Origin: Auanema rhodensis
Taxonomy: Eukaryota > Animalia > Nematoda
DNA: 64,000 nucleotides
Direction: 5' to 3'
NCBI GenBank assembly: GCA_964057225.1
Contig: OZ059899.1
Location: 9,052,001-9,116,000, forward strand
The notes under the pieces are model-generated. The model saw only the letters and a list, made by a program, of their open reading frames with translations. It was not told where the DNA came from and did not search any database. Both the position numbers and the translations under genes were made by a program. Below are positions 55,091-64,000 of the stretch, one piece after another; within the stretch, counting starts at the first letter, position 1, and each line of letters begins with the position of its first letter.

Positions 55091-56901
55091 TTATATAGTA
55101 GCCAATTTATAGTCGAATACTTTATGCATAAACGCTTTAATAAAGACATCATCATTTTTCAATAGTTTAAAAAATGAACAAATGCTTTCAAATGAATTAC
55201 CAGCCGACAACATTAGTATTACAAATACCACATAGCCACCACAAGTGTATTCAATTATGCGTTGTGGTTTGCAAGTATTAATTTTTACCTTTTTATATTT
55301 TGCCAGATAATTTTGAATGTACTTGTTCATTTTATATCCCAAGCTACAGAAAAAATAGGCTTGCTTGTTACGGACAAAGATGACCTGCAATTACTCACCT
55401 CATAGCCATGATTGGCAACGGGGTCATAAGCATCGAGTAGATAGCGATGGCCATCTACTCTCACTGCAAATTCGCCACCATTAAGCTTATGCATTAATGG
55501 GCGGCCCAATCCTTGTTCTAGCCATTTTATATACTTTATGGCTATTATACTCTGCTTTTGACCGGCATAATAACCAGTCTCGGGCAGAATACCCACTTGG
55601 TTCTCTTTAATATGATTCATTTTCAACTGTAATATAATAGTTTTGAAAATGCTTGTATTTGAAAAAACTTGCCTGGAATAAAGAGAAACTGGCAAATGTC
55701 ATACATTGTATGACAGGGTTCCAGCCAGTGGTGGCGGTTGCCAACTTCATGTAAACTTTCATACAGTTGGTTAAAATACGGACATCTGTCCTACAATATT
55801 CCAAAAGCTCTTCATCAAAATCAAACGCTCTTTGATTACGCTCTTCATACCAAATATCGAATGAAGCTAGGTCTACCGACCAGTGCGTTTTATGCGTCGG
55901 TGTGACCACTATAATACACACTTTTTATAATGGTTATACGCTTTTAGTTTAAATATAAAAAATTTTTGTTTATAACTTTTTATAAATTTACTTTTCTTTA
56001 AATTATTTTTATTAATGTTTAAAAATAAATGGCATTTGATTTTTAAATATAAAGTTTTTTTTTTTCAACTTTGAAAAAACTTTTATAAACATTTGTTAAT
56101 GTTAAAAAATAAATGAAAAGGTCAAGATTGTGTTTTATTATTTTACTAGTTCAAAATGTTTGAAATATTTATAATTTGTAAGAATTCAAAATTGGTTGAA
56201 AGAAAGATAGATGAGGAAAGATAGATAGATAGTGAGATGAAATGTAAAGATTTTAAAATGAATGCTGTTCAAAAGAATGAATATGTAAATTTCAAAATAC
56301 TTGCAATTTGCTTGATAAAAGATATAGATTGAGATGAAGTGTAAAGATGAGAGAGAGAGAATTTTATGAATGCAATTGAAAAAGAGAAATAAATTTCAAA
56401 ATGTTTTCAAAATATGCAACTGGAGCAAGAGAAAATTTCATGTTTCAAAAGATATATTATGAAATGATATGTAAATAAAAGATCGCACCTCTATTTTACA
56501 GACATCGTTGAAAGCCGCTCCATATCCGACTTGCCCTCCACTGGTTGATGGGGTAGCGGGATCCCATTCTCTTAAAAAGAAAAAACTAATTGTTATAATT
56601 TTTAATATCGCTTACTCATCACTGTCATCCAAGGTTATTACTTCAATAACCCTTGATGATGAGGGCCCACTGTTAAAAGTGGGTGATGTGGGCTCACAGA
56701 GCTCGATCCCACCAGCCTCGGCAAACTTTATACGTTTACTAAAAAACAAAATATATATAAAGATTCAAAATATTGTTAAATTACCTGAGCTGATTAATCT
56801 CTTCATAATCAAATCCTAGCTCTTCACATAAACGTTTATAACTGAAAAAAGAAAAAGTTTACAAACAAATAATCAAAAAGACACAACCTATTAGCAGCCA
56901 T
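55091..56901 (-). pseudogene. Deleted polB remnant fused to 5'-truncated protease
   Basis: Junctions at ~55388 (~4.0 kb lost incl. MCP and core) and ~55874 (~1.85 kb of polB lost). Confidence 0.85.
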
Positions 56902-57097
56902 TGTACCTTGATATAATGAATATATCAGTCTACACATTGCTGTTGGCATTGTAATTTGTTATGTAACATGGATTTGGGTACAGCTGTCAAAACTAACAGT
57001 TGCCATAAACTTTAAAATAAATAAGCTTATTGAATACATCTGTTTTTATTGTCCCCGTCGGATTAATTTTTGTTATTAGTTCTTATTAAATTAACTT

Positions 57098-57941
57098 TAT
57101 GCGTTTCATTGAGGTCAGCGCAACTGTTTGTTAATCTTATTGTATTTACCTTCAATGTGTGCTCTATTTAGTTATTGTATTGTTATATTAGTAAAATAAA
57201 GTTTAAAACTAATCTTTTATTATAATTTGAAACTTTTACTTGTTAGAATAAATATAATTAATAACAATTTGTAATTTCAAAAATTAATAATTTAATGTCG
57301 TTCTTATCGAATTAACTTTCGATATGTGTTCCATTAAATTTTGGTATTTTATATCGTTCTTATCGAATTAACCTTCGATATGTGTTCCATTAAATTTTGT
57401 ATTTCATATCGTTCTTATCGAATTAACCTTCGATATGTGTTCCATTGAATTACCCATAACAAGTACGGTGAACAAAACGATATACATGCAAAAATTTTAC
57501 TGTTCTTTAAAATAAAAACAATACAAACACAATACAATAAAAAATAAACAAAATAAGTAAACAAACATTATTAATAAATTTAATAAATAAATAAAATTTA
57601 AAAAACAAATTTACATATTTAAATATTTAAAATTTATAATTTTTATTTTTACTTAATATATTTAAAAATAATTAAAACTATATACATACATTTGAATAAA
57701 CAAATTTAAAATTTGATTTAAAAAAAAAAAAAATCATGCTTTAAATCATGATTTTTAAATTTAAAAAAGTAAAATCCATGAACCATGATCCCAAAATATG
57801 ATTTAACAGCTGACGCTCAAAAATATGTTTTTGACAGCTGACGCGCCCCAAAAGTATGTTTTTAGCAGCTGACGCCCCCAAAAGTATGTTTTTGACAGCT
57901 GTTTGGGGGCGTGGTTAGTAAATTTTGCACGGCTCTCTACT
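57098..57941 (-). repeat. Polymerase-side TIR of the composite Maverick
   Basis: Inverted TIR ending CTCTCTACT; 3 copies of the 55-bp repeat. Confidence 0.85.
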
Positions 57942-58144
57942 CACCGCTTGGCGGCCAGTTGCTAAAAACTAGCAATGAAATTGTTGATGGGGTGCTCAAG
58001 GGCGATAATATCAAGCAAACTCTTAAAACAGCCGGTCGGCAGGCTATACGAGATCTTACCGATTTGGGCAAGCGGCGACGACGCAAAACCACAAAACCTC
58101 ATAAGCGTCTGTGCATAACTCGTGAGCGGTCGTATCGTATTTAA

Positions 58145-58855
58145 ATGGCTAAATTGATAGATTCAAAATCAGCACAAGCCCTTTTACCCAATATTAATTA
58201 TAGTGACATACCGGCGTCGGCATTAGGTGTTGAATTCACTCGTACTGTACAAGTTCCTTTAAAAAATACTTTTCTTCCTCAAGGACCATGGGAATTTGTT
58301 ATAGCCCAAAATTCCAAATCATTTCTTAATCTGAGAAGGTGTTGGTTAAATGTAAAATTCAAAATTGTAACCACAAACGGCGATCCAGTACCAGACAACC
58401 TTGTTTTTGCACCATGCCAACAATTTGCAGCCAGTTTGATACACTCGTATCATTTAAAAATTGGTGATGTTAGCGTGTATGACTCTACCGTAAATCATGC
58501 CTACAAAACATATATTGAGAATATTCTAATGTATAGCAACGATGTTAAAGAGAGCAAACTTGCCATAACAGGCTATTATGCGGATAGATATATAGATAAT
58601 GCAGCCAGTCCTGGATTTAGAGCGCGACAAGGGCTTGTTAAAAATGGCATATTGTGTGAGATGGCTGCTTCCATCAGTATCGACTTATTCAATCAGGAAC
58701 GACTGTTTGTAAACTATTCAAAAATGGAGCTAACTGCATATCCAAACCGTGATAATTTCTTAATTGACACACTGGGATGGAATAATGAAAGCAAGGATGC
58801 TGCAATGAAGGAGGAGTTTCCAAACCTGAAAATAGATATCAACGATGTGCACTTG
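58145..58855 (+). pseudogene. Major capsid protein B, 3'-truncated by fusion to the tRNA locus
   Basis: Matches the first ~237 aa of MCP, then runs into ttgaacaa-tRNA. Confidence 0.85.
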
Positions 58856-58910
58856 AACAAGGCCGCGTGGCGCAATGGATAACGCGTCTGCCTACGGAGC
58901 AGAAGATTGT

Positions 58911-61900
58911 GGTAAACTGACAAGTTTACCAAACTTTAGGTTTACCAAACTAGGTTTACCATGCAATAGACAAGTTTACCATAGTTATATGGTATACCAG
59001 GTTTACCAGGTTTACAAAAGCATACCTAATATTAATTTGTGAACACTTTGCAAGGTTTACCAAGTTTACCAAATTTATCAAGTATACCAAAATAGATTAA
59101 AAAGAGTTTTGAGTATTTTGAAGAAGTTTCCAGGTATAACAAACAAATACGATAAAGATATGAAAATGTAAGCTTTTTTTGAAATGATTGATGAGTAATT
59201 TTAAAAATATAAGTTTTAAAAAGATACAGTAAGAAAAGTCAAAATCTAAATCATCCTAATCTCAAAATTCTTGTAATCTGAAATAGAATCTATTATCAAA
59301 GAACCTTAATTCATATGAAATTTCTAAAATGTTTCAAGTAGACTAATATAGAACAATTAAATAAAAATAAATATTAATTTTTGACAAGATTGTCTTATAA
59401 GTGTTAAAAATATTGTTCATATTTAAGAAAAATATAACATGAGTTGATTATAACGCGTGTTGAACCCTCCGGTATACCATATTAATGACACCTACCATCA
59501 ATTGGATGACAATTGAGCGTCATATATAGTTCATAAAAAAAGCAAAAATTGTGAACATCATCTAAAACATGAAAAATAATTTGATTTTATCAAACCAATT
59601 TTAAACTTCAAGTTTAACGCAACCTTCTCAATCTTTCAATCATGAATGCTTTTGAACTTATTTTCGATAACAGCATTGCTGTTCTTGATTGCATGCCTGA
59701 TTTATTGGGCATGCATCAGGGTAAAAATTTTTTCAGGATTTCAAAAAGACAATTTATTGTCTACAAGGATATCACTCGGGATATCTTTGTTCCATGGAAC
59801 AGAAAAGGTCAGTTTTATATTTTCAAATTTCTATATATAATTTGTTTCAGGAGGCAATGGTCTGCCTGCTATCAATAACAAGACCTCTTCGAGAGGTTGT
59901 AAACTGGTTGACGGGCAATACATCCTTTGCTCGAAGGATGAATGCACCGAATACTCTTACAGAACTATCCGCTGTAAGAAACCAGATATGGATCTTACTA
60001 AAGAGGTTTTTTGTTCATTTAAGATATATAATTAATTTTTGTTTTAGATTCATATGATTGTACAAGGCAAGGAAAAAATTGTTGAGCCGGTGCTTATCAT
60101 TTATAACGTGCAGGTAAGTTTTCTTATTTTGCTTTTTGCTCTATGTACTATATTTAGGAATCTTTGGAAAATTTTGTGCCCGCTAAACAGAGAATCCTGC
60201 CCTCTGTCAGCATAGAAGTTAAAAATGTTCTGGAAAACAGAACAACAGCTGCTGCTAAGGAAGTGCTAAAAAATATGGAAATTAGCTCCAGTCAGGTATG
60301 GGTCTCATTTAATTCTGCATATCAGCACAAATTGCTTGCTATTTTTCTACATTTTTTTATTTTAGCTGACTAGTCTTGCCCGAAGTGTCAGCACCCACAT
60401 CAAGTCGGGTACTGGCAAAAGATCGCCAAGCGATGTCAATAAACTCGTTGATAGATTCGCGAATGCGAGTATGAAAGTGGAGCACATGGAACCAATCAAA
60501 GTGGAAAGAACAGGTTAAATTAAGTTTTTATCAATTTAATAGTAATGATTTTTAAGATCGTGGTATTGCCTTCTGCCAGATTGTCGGATACCCGACGGCT
60601 TTCAAGCATTTTTGTGCTTGCTTGCCAACGGTTGAAGATATGAACGACCATCTTCGCTTTGTGGACAATCTCCAATACATGCCTAAACAGGAGGCAAAGG
60701 AAGCATTTGGTGAGTATTTTGTAATTGAGGCATTGAAACTTTTTTAATCTTCCAGTGCGAATTTTGAATCAAGTGAATGCTTCCGGAGCTCTACCAACAA
60801 TAGGAAGTATCATAATGATTGATACTACATTTTCAATCAGTAGTGGCGAATATGTCACTCTAGCCCTCGGAGTTTCGGATATGTTCACGTAAGTATAGAT
60901 TATATTAGTTACATCTTTTTTTATAATGTTAATTTAGGTCAAAAAAATCTGGTAAAAACGCTGGCATATTGCTTGCATGTATGGTACATAGTACCAAAAA
61001 CGCTGGCAATCATGAAGCATTCTCGGCATATTTGAACAAGATGCTATCTCAATATGGAAGGAACAAAAAAGTAGCTGGTTTGTGCCATGATGGTGAAGAT
61101 GCTTTCAAAGCATACAACACTGTAAGAAATTTTTTTACATAAGGTTTAATTGTTTTTTATTTTAGGGATCATTTTTAAAAGATGCTGTGCCGCTAAGATG
61201 TTCCGTGCACCGAATGGAGAATATAAAAAGCACATTCGGCAAAGACGATGATGCTGAGAGAAAGGAACATATCCTGCATAAAATATTCGGGAGAAAAAAA
61301 GAGGTATACTTGATATTGTTTTTGAACACTATTTTTATGTTTTAAGACTGAATATGGAACAATCATGAGGAAAGGGGCTTTATCGTCCCTAACTCGTGAC
61401 GAATATGAGAAGAAAATGCAGGATATTATTATGAATTGTGGAGAGAAAACTCGACAATGGTTTGTTTTATCAACATTTTAACTAATGTTTTTTGGATTCA
61501 GGCTCATTGCTAATAAAGAAGATTTGTATCAAACAAATAGTTTGATTCAAAAATTAAGAGCTGGGCAAAGCCAGCAATTTTTTTCCACTAACTTGCTAGA
61601 GTCGAGAAACGCTCAGTTAAAAGCAAGAATGCCTCATCCAATTCCTGCTCACCAGGTTTTAGAAAAAATGCTGCAATTACATGAAGGTAACTAAACTATT
61701 CAAAAAAAAGAAAAAATTAATTTCATTATAGAAGAAATAAAAGATCGAATTGGAGCCATTCATCAGAAATCGGACAAACTGGCCACTCACTTTCATGTTG
61801 AGAACCACGAGTGGTTAGTAATGACACGTATTGAGAAAATGAACAAACTCAAACTTTTTGGTTTGAATGACTTCATTTTTGAAAATACGTTGTCGAACTA

Positions 61901-63102
61901 TCCCTCATGGATGAGTGAGCCAGTAGGAACTAATAATGCTGACGTGTTTTTCGAAACTGTTCAGCGTTTGGAGGTATTTCCTGCTGCAAAAGCGGGTATA
62001 TATTTTACCAAAGACAGTACTGGAGCGTAAGCTGAGAAAATTCGTAATAAAGTTTATTATTAATTTTTCAGATTGGGATGCGTCAATGAAGTTAATAATG
62101 AGCTTGTATGCTCAAGCCCAGGATGTTCTCAGCGAAATTGTCCAAAACACGCTCTATGTCATCACAGGTTTCTTAAATTTATAGTACAATTAAGTATATT
62201 TTTGTTTCAGACTAGCTGTTTTCATATCATTGGAGAATGAAAATAAAAAAAATGCAATTGTTGAAAACCTGGAACGGAAAAGGAACGAGAGAACAGCAAG
62301 AGACGTGCAATCCGAGCAATTGAGACCAGCTGACGGGTCTAAATTCGATCAGAGACGATTTGGTTCGCAATTCTCCAAAACGAACCGTAAAAGAAACTAC
62401 TATGACATGGAGTAAGTTTAACACTACTGTCCCGAAATAATTTTTTATTACAGTACGACAGCCGATTCAGATGAAGAGATTTTGATTCCAGGCCCATCAG
62501 GACAACAGGATCGCTACTACTCACTTTCATAAAGTGCCGTAGCTACAAAAATTGGATACTAATAAACTTGAATAAGGTGAGTGAACTAACATATTTCAAA
62601 CTATATATTTGATTTCATTTACAATATTGATCCATCACACACTCTCACCAAACTGAGAATCATTATTAAAAGGTCAGTTAGAACGATTGCTTAACATCTT
62701 TAATGAACACTTTTCATGTATGCAACTGCTCCACAAAAAGAAAACATGCGAAACGGAAAGTTTTATAAAAATTAAATTTCGATTCTTTTCACACTTCATG
62801 TTCAACTAATGTAAAAATTTTTTTCCTGATAGTATAATCTCTAATTTGAAAAAAACATAAAATTTCAAACTACAACTTTTGTATTTTAGTATACTTAGTA
62901 TAAAGATATTTTTTTGGTAAACTTGGTATACTTGATGAATTTGGTAAACTTGGTAAACCTTGCAAAGTGTTCACAAATTAATATTAGGTATAATTTGGTA
63001 AACCTGGTAAACCTGGTATACCATATAACTATGGTAAACTTGTCTATTGCGTGGTAAACCTAGTTTGGTAAACCTAAAGTTTGGTAAACTTGTCAGTTTG
63101 CC
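58911..63102 (+). mobile_element. Mutator-like (MULE) DNA transposon, 4.19 kb
   Basis: ~180-bp TIRs built of GTTTACCA repeats, G..C ends, 9-bp TSD GAAGATTGT (58902-58910 / 63103-63111). Confidence 0.88.
59642..62532 (+). CDS. Multi-exon MULE-type DDE transposase (start and exon boundaries approximate)
   Basis: Exonic motifs IMIDTTF (D), CHDGE (D), RCSVH (CxxH), TNLLESRN (E); many short GT-AG introns; intactness not fully verified. Confidence 0.7.
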
Positions 63103-63111
63103 GAAGATTGT

Positions 63112-64000
63112 AGGTTCGAATCCAGCCGTGGTCGTAAATTTTTTTCATTTCACTTGTCATTTACAAAAATCGAATTTATCTTCTTCAACGATTATTTTTG
63201 CAATGTGTCATAAGAATTTCACAGTTGAACAAAACGTTTTTTAAGAAGTTTTTTTGTTGTCAACATATATATTTTCCTGGAATTCGAAAGCATTTGGGAT
63301 GGAATTTAAAAAGAAAAGAACTAGTTTTTCCTACTTTAAAACAAACAATACGAAATAAAATGAAAAAGATTGTTAGATATCCAATTTAAACATATACATT
63401 AACTTCGATAAAGAGCCTATTAGATTGAAATTTTATGTCTTACAGTTCTCCAACAGAACAGACTGATCCTGATTTTTCCACGATTACATAAAACTCTGGT
63501 TTGATATAAAAAAAAGGAGAGGAATAACGTTTCCAGGATGTCAAGGATATCGAATCTAGTGATATTGTAGAAAAATTTAATGTCAGCTCCATAGGTTTTC
63601 TCCTAATTTCTCTCATCACAATTGTCTTAGTTTTTTTTCTCATAAGAGTTTCTGAAATCTTAGTTGAACAAGGCCGCGTGGCGCAATGGATAACGCGTCT
63701 GCCTACGGAGCAGAAGATTGTAGGTTCGAATCCAGCCGTGGTCGTAAATTTTTTTCATTTCACTTGTCATTCATAAAAATCGAATTTATTTTTTTCAATG
63801 ATTTTTTTTTGCAATGTGTCATAAGAATTACACAGTTGAACAAAACGTTTTTTAAGAATTTTCTTTCTTGTCAACATATATATTTTCCTGGAATTCGAAA
63901 GCATTTGGGATGGAAATTAGAAAGAAAAGAACTAGTTTTTCCTACTTTAAAACAAACAATAAGAAATAAAATGAAAAAGATTGTTAGATATCCAATTTAA
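63112..64000 (+). repeat. 610-bp tandem unit carrying tRNA-Arg (continues off window)
   Basis: 63112-63389 repeats at 63722-64000. Confidence 0.85.
63672..63744 (+). tRNA. tRNA-Arg (anticodon ACG)
   Basis: 73-nt cloverleaf GGCCGCG...CGTGGTCG, loop CT-ACG-GA, A and B boxes, downstream T7 terminator; T-stem has an A.A mismatch. Confidence 0.85.

Larger units (their letters stand above)
39819..57941 (-). mobile_element. Composite, internally deleted Maverick (18.1 kb) with three tandem integrase-side arms
   Basis: Outer TIR ends at 39819 and 57941, TSD CACCGC (39813-39818 / 57942-57947); internal TIR starts at 44086 and 48325; MCP and most of polB deleted. Confidence 0.9.
18890..58855. mobile_element. 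Older host Maverick (variant B), split into 18890-21455, 37087-39818 and 57942-58855 by two nested Maverick insertions; both ends lost
   Basis: Integrase and core genes are continuous across the TSDs; diverged orthologues of the genes in 21456-37086. Confidence 0.85.
58861..63134 (+). pseudogene. tRNA-Arg(ACG) split by a transposon (5' part 58861-58910, 3' part 63112-63134)
   Basis: Halves match the intact copy at 63672. Confidence 0.9.

Noticed and set aside
58911-59090. GGTTTACC repeats as telomeric or telomere-addition sequence
   Set aside because: Not TTAGGC-like; they are subrepeats of the MULE TIR, mirrored at 62923-63102
63047-64000. ORFs overlapping the tRNA and MULE TIR
   Set aside because: Translations of tRNA, TIR and spacer DNA with no protein features

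Overview
This is eukaryotic, AT-rich DNA, almost certainly nematode: introns are 39-50 nt with TTTCAG/TTTTAG acceptors, and the tRNA-Arg(ACG) is nematode-like. Nearly all of it is nested mobile DNA. (1) 2036-7814: tandem LTR-internal-LTR-internal-LTR array of a non-autonomous, gag-only Ty3/Gypsy element with a tRNA-Gln primer site. (2) 8386-18889 (minus): a related Ty3/Gypsy element with the same primer site. Its single ~8.8-kb reading frame (two in-frame TAA stops) runs Gag - signal peptide - herpes-gB-like class III fusogen - TM - PR-RT-RNaseH-IN, so env sits between gag and pol. (3) A Maverick/Polinton cluster. An older host Maverick (18890-58855) was hit by a complete 15.6-kb Maverick (21456-37086, ~1-kb TIRs, 6-bp TSD TGCGTG) and by an 18.1-kb composite Maverick (39819-57941, TSD CACCGC). 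The composite carries head-to-tail 4.24-kb repeats of the integrase arm, and the same junction recurs at 700. The complete element encodes a 14-exon protein-primed PolB, major and minor capsid, adenain-like protease, packaging ATPase and chromodomain integrase. It also carries a spliced 166-aa accessory gene with an N-terminal APC/C D-box, CDK sites and a Cys cluster (6 copies in the window). (4) 58911-63102: a Mutator-like transposon (9-bp TSD) inserted inside a tRNA-Arg gene that belongs to a 610-bp tandem tRNA unit. All homology calls come from motif recognition by eye; no database searches were run.
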